64,000 bases of DNA from Selaginella moellendorffii (lineage: Eukaryota > Plantae > Lycopodiophyta). Where the stretch lies: positions 79,011-143,010 of the forward strand of contig NW_003314428.1 of the NCBI RefSeq assembly GCF_000143415.4, in the 5' to 3' direction. The notes under the pieces are model-generated. The model was given only the letters and a program-made list of their open reading frames with translations, made no database searches and was not told where the DNA came from. Below are positions 24,194 to 36,300 of the stretch, in pieces; the stretch's first letter is position 1; each line of letters starts with the position of its first letter. Position numbers and translations under genes: made by a program.

Positions 24194-27100
24194 ATGGTAA
24201 GTCTTTTAGGCCAAGTAGAAAATGGCATGAGGCCACATGCCATTCAGTAGCAACATTGGCATGCACCGATTGGGCTCTCGAGTGCAGTCCGGTTACAGAT
24301 GGCGTGTAGCCTCACGCCATCTTAGGATGCAGCCTCAAGACATCTGATGCAGTGGTGAATGGCGTGTGGCCTTACGTTATTTCCAGCTGCTAGCTTTTCA
24401 TCTGTCAGCTCTAATTGTTGTGCATTTCTGAACAGGCGAGGAATTGCGTTCTTCTTCCAGCCACTGTCAATGTGGATGCAGAGAAGGGGGAGGAGCTCAC
24501 CAGTTGGACTTTCGGGATGGAAGGCGAGGATCTGATGCTGTACAACACAGATGGTGGGAGAAAAGAATGCATGGGGATCCTCATCCAAGTGACAGACACT
24601 CCATGCAGTTCCATGCAAGAATATGGACTGGCACTTGTGGTAGAGACAGCGTCCGCCTTCAAGATCCACCTTGCACATCCTAGCGGCTTCCCGGAGGGGG
24701 GCAGCGGCTATAAGGAATTCCTAGAGGGAGCTAGGGAGAGGTTGTCCAGGAGGCCCACAATTTCAAAGACGCTGCGGGTCTATGAAGATCACATGGAATC
24801 CACGGACCTCACCTACGGCGATGTTCAAAAACTATATTCCAACATTGAGCCGTTGAGAGTGCCTCCAGTTCGCGAAGCAAAGGGGAAGGGGGTCGATCTG
24901 GAAATTACCCCGAAGCAGAAAAGGGTGGTCAAGCTCAAGCCGACGTCCGACTCTCCTGCTCCAAAAAAGAAGCTACTCGGTGATGCCATTGCCTCGGGTT
25001 CGAACACTACACCCACCAAAAAGAAGAGCCGCAAAGAGCAGAAAGAGCAAGAAGAGGTAGCAAAAATCGTCGCAAATAATAGTACTTGTTACTATTCCAA
25101 CAAAGTATATACAATCGACGTGAGCCGTATCGACATCCAAAGCAAATACAACCACAGGCTAGTATCTGATGAGTGGGTGGAGAAACTGAAGCAGAAGATG
25201 CTGGCAAGTCCAGTAACACCCGACATCGCAGACGTGATCCCCTACTACCGAACAATGAAGGGCGAGACGAGGTTTCCAGACTTGATCAATAGGAAGGTGT
25301 TGGACGATCAGAACATCCGGTTCTATGCCGTCTCTGGGCAGCATTCTAGCTTGGCGATGCAACAGATAGTTGTGGATATTATGGTGGGCGAGGAGGTGAA
25401 GAAAGTCTTCAAGACAAGAGTTGTCCGCCTGATAAAAGGCAACTCGCCCCTCCGATCTATCATATACATCTCCCATGCGCAGAATGTCAAGCAAGAAACG
25501 TGCTACAAATCGGGTCTGCACGAGACATTGGCACGAACACGGAAGCTCTGGGTTCAACTGAAGAAGCCACAAAAACCAGGACATGGACGTGCACTAGCGG
25601 CTAGCGCCTGGCAGGTAAGCCTCGTTGCATGTGGCATAACATGTGGCCTCACGCCATTTCCATTGCAGGAATTCTTGAGTCTTCTCTCGAAAACACTGGG
25701 GGTCAATGACACACTCAGCATCCATAACATTCTACTCGCGACAAAAGTTGTTTTTGACAAATGGGTAGATGTGCTGAGGAGGTACCATGACGGGGAGTTG
25801 CTAAACTCAATGGGTGTGGAGGACGGCCGGAAGCCCAATGATTTGAAGCTCAATGCCTTGCGTTTCTCGCGGTCTCTAGACGACGACGACCTTCTGACAG
25901 TGGCTAATGCTCTTCTACGTGGTGAGGTAGTCTTCAACAAGACCAAAATGACTCCCGGCCATATTGTGACATACGAGGACTTGTGCACGACTCTGAGAGC
26001 TCGTGCGCTATTGAAGGATTGGATCTTCGAGCAAGTGGCCGTGGAGAGGGTGAGCATCAACACCACGCAAAAGATGATGGAAGAGCTGGAGTTGTCAAAT
26101 GAAGACATCGACGACTACGTGAAGGGGGCCCCCAAGTTCATCGATCTGCTGCGGGATGCCACGAAAAGTAAAAGCTGAGAAGTTGGATCAGTATCCAAAT
26201 TTCATTAAGAGGGATGTCAACCGCCGGCTTCAGAAACAGCTCGACCCCGCAGCAGAGGCCTATCGAGAACCTTACCGGGTATACGTGAATTCGGATGAGG
26301 ATCAAAGGTGGAGGAGCATCGTTTCCAGCGGAGATGAGCAGGTCAAGAACATCTTTTGTGTGATGGACTTCACAAACGAGGAGATCACTCATGCAGACGA
26401 AGTCAGCTCCATCATTGACTTAATGGTGGGACTTGCGAAGGTGGAATCTTCAGTCCACTATATGATTTACGACTCCGAATCTTATCACAAGTTCTGGAAG
26501 GCCTTGAACGAGGTGAAGGCTCGGTTGAAAGGCAAGGAGATGCGGGAGATCCATGGGATAATGGCTAAGAAGAAGATACTGACGAATGTCCGCATCTTCA
26601 CACTCGCCCTTGTTATTGGTCCTGCAGCAGAGTGGGACTGGAGTGACTTCCCAGCTTCGTTCAACAAGGCCGATCGAATTGATCTGAGGGAGGTCAATTT
26701 ACCCGTGCCTGAGGAACTGAAGACGGCTATGGAGCTTTCGAATCCAAAGAAAGCTCCAGGTGCAGCATGGGAAATGCTCAGCTGGGTCTTCAACGCAATA
26801 GCGGGTGACTCCAAGGGCAAATGCGTTGTCGAGTACAACTACGGCGGACTATTCTTTCAATCCGCACTACTCAAGGGTGTCCCGTGTGTTGCGGTGACAA
26901 ACTCCATTGAAGAGGTGACTTGAATGGAGCATATAATTACAGTTGCCAAAGAAAAACAGTATCTTCTCTACGAACCTGGTGAGTACGCACTTTAAGTTTA
27001 AATGTTATCTCACAAGCTCTGTATGCAGGAGCGTGGCCACCCCCAGATGCTGAAACGGCGTTAACAGCTACTGATGTTAGGCCGAGCTCACAACCTGCAC

Positions 27101-29788
27101 AAGGTAAGGTCACGTGAGGCCTCACGCCATTTTGATTATAGATCGTTGTGAATATTCAGACACGAGGACTGAAAAGCGCACTGGTGGCGCGTCGAAGAAG
27201 GACAAACAGACAAGCAATAGGAAAAAAGGAGGTACAAATTATATTTGTAATGGCGTGTGGTCTCATGCCATTCCTTGCAGGAGACACTTCTTCAAAGGCA
27301 AAACAGGCAAGCACCAGCCAAGCTCAAACTGACAGTGGTCATAAAAAGCGAAAGCACGTTGGACAGTCGTCGGGATCAGAGGCGTTTGATTCGAAAAGGA
27401 AGAAGGGCAACGAAAAGATGATAGGTAATGCCTCGCGGTTATGGCGTGTGTGCTCATGCCATTCATTGCAGATCAAGGGCTGAGTGAAAGGAGCCAGTCA
27501 CCACCTCCTGACTCAGATTCCTATGGCGGACTCCCCTTCCCCAATCTCAATGGAGAGGTACAATGGATGAGGGATGCTTTTCAAGTCAGGGCCACATTTT
27601 TCTCATCTCGTCGTCTTCGAAGGGTGCAAGAACGTGCAGAAACCATGTTAAGACAGTCGGGTGAGGATACGGTCCTAGGTCAAGCTCTAAAACAGGCTAT
27701 GGATGTCTTATATTTTGAGATGGAGACTCGGCCAGATGATTTTCCCAAGATGGTCCTGGAAAAACAAGCCATCCAGCCTGAGCAGCCTATGGAAGAAATG
27801 CAGGAGGGGGATGAGGAGCCAGAGAAAGATAATGAGCAGGAAGAGCAGAAGGACGAAGAGGAGGACAAAGAAGAGGAGGACGAAGAAGAGGAGGACAAAG
27901 AAGAGGAGGACGAAGAGGACTTGGATGGTCCTCACAATGGTGACGATCACAATAACGACGATGACGATGATGACGACGATGGCCAGCCTGAGGTGGCCAA
28001 AGAGCAGCGGAGGAAGGTTATACAAGACAAACCATCAGGTAAATAATAGTACATCCATTCCTAACCTTTTACCATTTCTAACATTGTCCATGTAGGTCGC
28101 AGAAGAAATGGTAAGTAGAGATTATTCAGTTGAATTAAGATACAAACTCTAGCCTTTAGTGTCGAGGAAGGATAGTGCCAAGCAAGGGTCGAAACGTATG
28201 TCCAATCCTTCAGAATCAGCAGTGCGCCCAATAGCAATTGATGGTAAATACAGTATAGTCGATTCAATGTGCTAATGAGTTTGTTTTTAGTAGCCAGTAG
28301 GGAGGATACCATCTCAATCGAAGGGAGATATTTGGACATGCATATAGATCCGCCAGTGGACTCTACTTGCCTGCAAGAGTCATTAGAGCTAGTGGAGGCT
28401 ACTATCCATATCAACGCCAAGCAAGCTGACCACGCTCCACTTGATGCTGCCCATACCACTGAGTCAATCTTGTCCACGTATCCAACTGACGGTGACTAGG
28501 CGCCATTGGACCTGCATGAGGCCGCCCCAGCCGCCAAGCCGGTCGTATCCTCATTTCCAACGGACTCAACGTGTGCCCAATCGTCTGACTACGCGCCGTT
28601 GGAACCTCCCTACACCGCCCCTGCTGCCTGTTCGGTCATGTCCACTTTGCCAATGGAGGCACCAGCTGAAATGGCGTGTGATCACACGCCATCGGAACCA
28701 CCCCATGCCACTGTTGAGCCAGTTGTACCAGAGTCTACAGCTGAAATGGCATGTGCCCACACGCCATCGGATGCGATTGACCCCACATTGCAGAGGAGAG
28801 TATTTCCGCCCTTCACGTTTCCTCGACCAAAACCCTCTAAACGACCATCGGGAGCACCATTCGCTAATATTGTAGATGGTAAAATTGACTTGTACCATTT
28901 TTTATGCTGACGCATTTCATTTCAGAGTCACGGCGAAAGTACTGTATCATTTTTGATCTGAACGGTGTCCTTTTCTCCCATGAGCGTGGCTCGTCCTCGA
29001 ATGTCACTGCACCCTCCAAAGCATGCGGTCGCAAGTTGGTCAAAAGAGACAGATTCACATTAATCACACGGGAGAAACTGTAGGATCTAATAATGACCAT
29101 GCAACACTTAAAACAGAGGGCCGGGTTCAATTTGCAATTGGGAGTTTGGACATCCATGATGCGCCACAATGCATTAACGTTGCTACAGATGATGCACGAT
29201 CAGACGCGAGTAATATTACCATTTGACTTTCTCCTAACGCAGGAGGATTGCTTGACTATGGTCCATGTGAGGGGTAGCAAGCCCATCTTCGTCAAGCCAG
29301 AGGCTGTAGTGATGAACCGGACTGCTAGGTCAAGTGAAATCCTCATCATCGATGACTCGCCGATTAAAACTGCAGCGAACACGCACACATATGTAGTGCA
29401 CCCCATCTCTTGCAGTATGGAAACTAGGGAGAAGAAACCATATGTTCTGGGGGACCTTGCAAAACGGCTTGAAGCGATGGTGATAGAGAACCGGCCAGTC
29501 CAGGAGGTGGCTGCAGAAATCAACCAAATGGCAGATGGAACGGTATATCAGAAGCCATTTGATCGGACAGACACCAATCATCATTTATGGCATGTATATT
29601 GTCTAGCCAAGCACTATTCGCATCTCCATAATCTGCTCAACTGGATGGGTTCTTCGACCACTAAACATGAGCGTGGACGTATTAGAGAAGAGATGGCATT
29701 ACTATTGGGTTTAAATCCTGATAGTGTGGAGAGTGATAAAATTCCAAGATTATTGTATAGGCGTTGGAGGCAAAAAATAACAGTCTGA
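24194..29788 (+). pseudogene. Spliced cargo gene: ParB/Srx-like fold + degenerate beta-class N4/N6 DNA-methyltransferase-like fold + acidic low-complexity linker + FCP1/NIF HAD phosphatase-like domain
   Basis: ATG 24194-24196, then intron 24197-24435. Further GT-AG introns 25615-25668, 26979-27028, 27104-27159, 27232-27280, 27425-27471, 28039-28095, small exons to ~28290, and 28879-28925 keep the frame. Lesions: +1 frameshift ~26170, stops at 26921, 28497, 29081. ParB-like ~25100-25500 (IDVSRIDI..NHR..V.KLKQKM...FYAVSGQHSSLAM...ISHAQN). MTase-like ~26340-26915 (CVVEYNYGGLFFQSALLKGVPCVAVT). HAD ~28940-29420 (IIFDLNGVL, LGVWTS, ILIIDDSPIK). Confidence 0.7.
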
Positions 29789-30206
29789 GATGGCATGTAT
29801 TTATTTAAAAATGTAACTTATTATGGCATGGGGTTCCATGCCATTGTATTAATATTAAAAGACAATTCTTTGAGAGGATTTGCATTATACTATAAGTGTT
29901 ACAGCATGTTATTGGAAGTCTACAAAGTTGTTTTATTAATAAAGGGAAAGTAAAGATTGAATGGGGACTTGGGCTCCACTTAGACTCGGAGCAACTGAGC
30001 CAATATTAAAAGGATGGAAAGAAATTGGATGACGATAATAAGGAGAAGAGAGAGGTGAAGCAGTGGCAGGGGGAGGAGAAGTGATTGAGTAGACATTTCC
30101 TTATTTAAAATAAAATGGCATGTGCCTCAATGCAGTTGAATTTTGTTATATTTATATACTATATAAAGGTTTGGAAACCTTATTTTACAAGTGGGATAAT
30201 GACAAT

Positions 30207-30230
30207 TCCCACTTTAACGAAATAGAGCTT
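30207..30230 (-). repeat. Right terminal inverted repeat
   Basis: See left TIR; followed by the TSD AGGA. Confidence 0.93.
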
Positions 30231-31929
30231 AGGACTTGGCAGTTTGGAGGAATTAAGTTCCTAAGCTATAATGTAATTTGGGTATAAATTGGTGCATTGG
30301 CGTGAGGAGTCATCCCAAGCATCCTAGGTGATGCTGTCCATAGATGCATATATGGAGATTGGGTTTGAGTCCCAACCTTCTAGTGTTTGGGTTTGAGTCC
30401 TAACTCACTAGGGCATGATGATGGTTTGGAATATGAGAACACTCATTTTTTGGTGGTCATGGACTCTCAATAAAGAGACTACCTTGGGCCCACCACCAAG
30501 CGGGGGATGCCCTTCTTTATTATTTACCATGCACTTTTTTAAAAGTTAAATGACAAAGTTGAAAAGTTGTTTTCCTTTCAGAGCCATGATGTACAACTAG
30601 ATTGCTTAGTGTGAAAGCTCGGCATATCTTACTTGAACAATTTGGTGCAAGTGGCACTAAGAACGTGGTGAATGAATTGGGGACATCTAATCACAATTGC
30701 TATGGACGGGTTAACTTGGGCGCACCACCAAATGTGGTGGATGCCCCTAGGTTCATGGTCAACAACTTAAAGGTCTGGAAGATTTAGTACATATTGGCAA
30801 ACTTGTTAAGGTGTCAAAGTGAGATCATTAGATGATCTTGTGGCTAAATAAGGACAAAGTCTTTGTTTGGTTAAGGAATAAGATTCCTAGTTCAAAGTGC
30901 TAATTTGAACTATTAGTAATGGTGTGACTTGGTCAAAATGACTAAGTGGGAAGGACACCTAAGAGAAATTAGCTATATCAATATGCTAGCATAGTGAATC
31001 CAAGAAAGTAGTCTCTAGGAAAGACCATGGGAGGGTTACAAAGTTGGGCTATAGATAAAGCCCACAACAGAAAATGCTAAAGAAACTTACTAAGGGTGAA
31101 CACCTTTTGGATTTCGCAAAGTAAAGCTTTTGCTATGGAACCAAAAGAATACCTCAAAGATCGAGGTAGTGATCCTCTATTGCTTAATGCAATAATTAAG
31201 GGATAAAAGCAAAAGGCTAGTGGCTAAGATTGGGGCATAAAAATCATTAGAAAGAATCTAAACAGTAAAGTTAAGCAAGGAACACTCAAATGTTGGATGC
31301 TAACTAATATTGGGAAAGGAAATATGATTTTAATAGATTCCCAAATACTCTAATTTGGCAAAGGTGAAAGTTCCAAGGGAGGGAGTGGCAAGGAAGCCAA
31401 ATAGTAGGGCTGTGGACAGCCCTAGCATAAATTAAAGATAAATGGAACTTAGTGGCTAAAGTGGCACAAAATAGAAGAGAAGATGATGGTGCCCTTAAGT
31501 AAAGAATTTTTTAGGATGGGGAAGTGGAATTTCCACAACATGTGCAATGCAAGGTGTTGGAGACACATAGAAAATTGACTTTGAGAAGTTAAAATTAAAA
31601 GTTCCAAAGTGTGATGGTTATATTGTTAAAAGCTGAGACTACTCGGGAATGAGTAGTTGGATTGAGATAGAGAAAGTGTCTCTAACGGGTTTAGCGAGAA
31701 CTAAACCAAATAAAGGGAGAGAACCACCACAAGTGGTTTATTAAATCTCTAAGTTAGAAAGACTATGCTCCTTGGATAATGAGTAAGGCATGGTGAGCCT
31801 TTAGTGTCAAACCGTTGACGAATATTGACTTGATGCTAAGGATGAAAAGAGTAATATATAATAGTGCTACTTTATAAAATGGTTTATCATTTGATGAGGA
31901 CATCAAACTTTATTTATGGGTGGTGGAGT

Positions 31930-32642
31930 TGTGAGACACAAATCCCTAAGCCCCAAAGTGGAGCCGAATGGGTGCCACGTGGTAGTGGTTGAAATAAAAG
32001 CCAAACAAGCGTAACACATTTGGACTAAAATCTCTGATGTGAAAAGGCAAGAGTGGGAGTGGAACTCCCAACAAAGTGCTCAAGGACCAAGTATGAAATA
32101 AGCAATGAGTGAGTCTCTAGAAAAGGGACACAAGAGGACCAACACATGACACGTGGAAGTGTCGAGATGGACCTGAGATGGAGTCTCAGGTGGACCTGAG
32201 ATAGAGTCTGAGGTGGACCTGAGATGGAGTCTGAGATGGAGTCTGAGGTGGACCTGAGATGGAGTTTGAGATGGAATCTGAGATGGACATAAGATGGAAC
32301 CAACTGAGTCTGAGAGTCCGAGTTCGAGTTCAAGCCCAAGTCCAAGTCCGAGTCTAAATACTAATACAGGCTATAGGTGATGTTGGATCACCGATGTGAC
32401 AAAGGTGAATGGGCATGGCCTTAGTGTAATGGGTTGATATATTGATGGTACCTTTGGGTGTTGGTCATGGGATCAGACACGTAGAGCTTTTGGACTAAAT
32501 GCAAAGGTTGAGTGGCACGGATGCCATTCTCGGGGTTAGCAAGTCTCTAAATTGAGAATAAGACTTATGGAGGTTGTGAGAGAGACTCCTCCAAGTGGTC
32601 GAAGGTATGACTAAAGTTGAATGAAAAATTTAGTTGCTTACA
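31930..32642 (+). repeat. 3' LTR of family B copy 1 (internally deleted)
   Basis: TGTGAGACAC...GTTGCTTACA followed by TSD GTATA. Lacks the G-tract and middle part present in other B LTRs. Confidence 0.88.
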
Positions 32643-32902
32643 GTATAGAGCCCTGAGTTTGTTGACCACATGCAAACCAGCCAGTTCTCGCCTCTCTAGG
32701 ATGATCCTTTGACAGTAGATAGTATGCAATGCCAGCTCAATCCAGGCCATTGGATTTGAAGACATTGCAGCCAATTCTTGGGGATCTTCCCCATTCACAA
32801 GAACAAAAAATGGAGGCTGAAGTGGAATCCAGAAAAGCTAACCTTCCATATACCAACTTATAGCATGGCAGGAGAGTCCCACAGCCAAGTCATGACACAG
32901 AG

Positions 32903-33065
<163 letters not shown>

Positions 33066-33375
33066 AGCTCACAATTTGCCCTATTGCCCTAAAAACTTTC
33101 ACTTGAATTGGAGCATCATCAAAAAATGAAGTGTTGCCACCTTTTGGCATATGATCTATGCTCTATTTGAAGTTTTTGAATTTCAACCATTAGATTGTAT
33201 ATAATCACAAATAATATTCTCAAAATGGAATAAAAGATGCCAGATGCCATATGCTAATAGCACTTTTAAATAAGGGAGTATGATGATGATGAGTATGATG
33301 ATTAAATTAAAAGCATATTCCTAGATAATATTCTTAAAAGGAATATGTGATGCTTAGATGCCAGATGTGAAAGTA

Positions 33376-36300
33376 CTAGCAAGGATCCCAGCTCGACTAG
33401 GATAGTTAGATGGTAATCTTAAAAAGGGAACAATTTAATAGAACTCGCTTAAGCTCTTCAATATGTAACAGGCATTCGGATTGTTTATTTTGGCTTTTTC
33501 TGTGATTGCAACCAAACACTATTTCTTAAATGGTTTACTTGAATAGAATAATACAAGTATGGACTTAGAGCTTAAAAGGATATTCAACATATGATGAGGT
33601 GGCTTAATTATAATCCTCAACTATCACCATCATCTATATATCATCTGGGAATTTTAGAGATAAGAGCAAGTTTGTGAGATGGAAACTACAGGCATTTCTA
33701 GTGTATGTGATCATAGGATAAAATTTAAATATACTAGAACCTTGGGGGATAAATAAATAAAATAGCCACTAAGAGCTCTCTTATCAAGCAATTGCCTCTT
33801 TTTTAATTGGTTTAAGGGGGGGAGAGAGAGATAGGGTGCATTACATGTGGTATCAGAGGAAATGGCATGAGTTAGATTCCTATTGATTAGTGACTACTTA
33901 AAATATAATATACATATTCTTACCCCTAAAATTAAAATCATATGTGTTGAGTATCTATAACATCTTTCATCTTGTAGGGCATCCACAGATGAAGGTATCT
34001 ATCGTAGGACTGTAGTACAGGTGGATGACTAGTTAACTCTTAGTAAAGGTTGCTACTCAATAGTCAATGAAAACATTTGTAACACGTATGATCATGGGAT
34101 GAGATTTGGATATACTATCACTATGAATCTTTGAAATCTTGGGGGATAAATGGGGATAAAATAGCCACTAAGGGCTCTCTCATCAAGCAATTATCTCTTT
34201 TCAAGTTGGTTTAAGGGGAGAGAGATAGGGTGTTGTTATAGTATTTCTTCTAAAACTTTGCTGGTAATGAATAGTTGGTTTTGAATTTGCAAGCATTGTG
34301 CAACTAAGTATAAATGACTGTATTTACTAGTGGACTATCTATTGAGTTTATGGTGAATGCATGTAATATTTGTTTTGAATAAATGTTTGAAAAATAATGT
34401 TTGGTTTCACTATAACATGCTGAATTCTAATATTGATAATGCATTTGTCATTTATTTGTACATTTGAAATCACATGCTATTATTCTTTCTCTTTTTTTTT
34501 GTTTATACATCCTAACATTCCTATCTTGCTATAGATAATTATCAAATAGAGTTGATGTATGCTAGAAGGTGTGTTTTATTTTTTTTAGAAGTTTCATGTA
34601 ACTACAAAATACACAAATAAATATCAAGAATATGGTAAAATATTAGAATGGAATCCTTATACCTTAGGTGTCAAGATCGAGTATGTAGAACCTAAGCTTC
34701 TACATGTCTTGGTATTTTTCAAGCTTCTTGAAATTAAACATCTTCAAGCAGATACTATTGATGTGTAGTGAGAATGCAGGATAGTTCTCATCTTGCATTA
34801 TAGCAAGTTTCTTTGCAGCCTCTCGAAATGCAATGGCCCAAACTAACTGCTGCTATCCTTGATGTACATATTTAGAGCATACTTGAACTCTACATTGGCA
34901 GAATCAATATTGCAATAATTATAGAACCAGCCATCTACTGTTTGGGTAGTTTTCTTGCCACATTCATTGATATTGATGCATGCACTATAGCAAAACTCAT
35001 CTGTCTTCATTTCCTTCATAGTAGCTATCACTATAAATAGAGGAACTTTCAAACACTTTTAGCTGCATGTTTGGATCTTATGAAAAGAATTACAAGCTAG
35101 CAGAGATTGGATTACAAATATCTATGGGGATCTATGTATATATATTTTCTATAAATAATTCTTCTTATTTATAGAAATTAAATTGTAAACTAAAAAATTC
35201 TAGGTAGTACTAACTGACAAATTCCAGGTGAATTTGATCTATATACATATTTTCTTTAGGATTTTTAACACAGTTGGGATCTCTTGAACAGAATACAGAA
35301 GAGGACCATGCCCAAAAATGGGACCAATATTATTTAAAGTTTAGCCTTGCAATTTATGTATTGTGGTTGAGAATGCAAGTCTTTATGGAAGCTGTCATCT
35401 TTTTAGTATAAATGACATATCACCATCTGTAGCCTTTAATACTATTCTTGGTAGCAAAACCTTTCTTCCCTTAATATTTTCATGCACTATATTTTCTTCA
35501 AGAACATTTTGTAAGTAATTATCAGTTTAGTGCCATTACATAAACCCCTTTTTACATCAAGATTACATAATAGCATCACAATGTTTTTTTTTTAATTTAA
35601 TTTATGTAGATGCATATCAGATGGTGTTATAGAGTTTAAATATTCTACAGAAAAGTCCAACATCTCCTCAACATAATCACTGTCAATTGTATTCATACTT
35701 CTAAATAAAAATAGTATTCCTGACATCCATGTCTAATGAATGATCATTTAATGTTGTCAAAATTGCCTTTTGTGAGTTATTATTAGAGGGTGCAAACTTT
35801 TTACTAGAAACAGAATTTATCATAGAGGTTTTTGACATACATTTCACTGGGAGCTCTATTATATCATCTCTATAACCATCAAGTTTTGGTAGGTCACTAT
35901 TTCCAAGCTTGATTAACCATTATAACTATTCTTTTTCTTCTAGTTTAACATGTATGTTCTTAGTAAGTGTGTATTTCACTATAGATGACCATAATAAATT
36001 AGACTTAATACTGTTCTGAATGATTTATACTTGTTTTTCTCTTTTAAGTACATGTAATATCTGTCTAAAATCTCCATCAATAACAACAGTTATTCCACCA
36101 ATTTTTTCTTAGCAGTCTTTGCTGTCATATATAACACATTCTACAGCATTAAATACATATTTCGATACCATGCTTTATTTCATCCCAAATACAAAAATCT
36201 ATTTTTCTGATTTTATCAACTTCTTTTGAGTTCTCTCTTAAATCAGATATACATGTTTCTATGACTGGTTCAAGAAATTTGAAAGTAGAATGTACTATCT

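Larger units (their letters stand above)
17050..30136. repeat. Dispersed 22-bp palindrome family ATGGCRTG-N6-CAYGCCAT (~29 copies)
   Basis: Copies start at ~17050, 17366, 17455, 17862, 17928, 19268, 19325, 21171, 21241, 21277, 21447 (perfect ATGGCATGAGGCCTCATGCCAT), 21545, 22130, 22202, 23059, 23138, 23297, 23432, 24222, 24299, 24359, 25636, 27109, 27250, 27441, 28671, 28746, 29823, 30115. Some are degenerate in one half. Confidence 0.92.
16824..30230. mobile_element. 13.4-kb TIR DNA transposon (Sola-like, DUF7869-type transposase) with large cargo gene and dispersed 22-bp palindromes
   Basis: TIRs ATGCTCTATTTCGTTAAAGTGGGA (16824-16847) and TCCCACTTTAACGAAATAGAGCTT (30207-30230), 23/24 match. 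4-bp TSD AGGA at 16820-16823 and 30231-30234. Paralogous empty site GTCAAGTGAG-AGGA-CTTGGCAG on the minus strand at ~58444-58465. Confidence 0.93.
9918..32642 (+). mobile_element. Non-autonomous LTR retroelement, family B copy 1, host of several nested insertions
   Basis: 5' LTR 9918-13413 (interrupted by a solo LTR). PBS TGGTATCAGAGC at 13417-13428. 3' LTR 31930-32642 (internally deleted). Perfect 5-bp TSD GTATA at 9913-9917 and 32643-32647. Internal region is colinear with the reverse complement of 57258-62503. Confidence 0.9.

Noticed and set aside
26915-26942. Possible 28-nt intron removing the TGA at 26921
   Set aside because: Reading through the TGA keeps the frame to a good GTGAGT donor at 26979, so a point-mutation stop is simpler.
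17050-30136. Palindromic repeats as a CRISPR array
   Set aside because: Spacing is irregular (14 bp to nearly 2 kb), copies lie in introns and CDS, there are no cas genes, and the context is eukaryotic.
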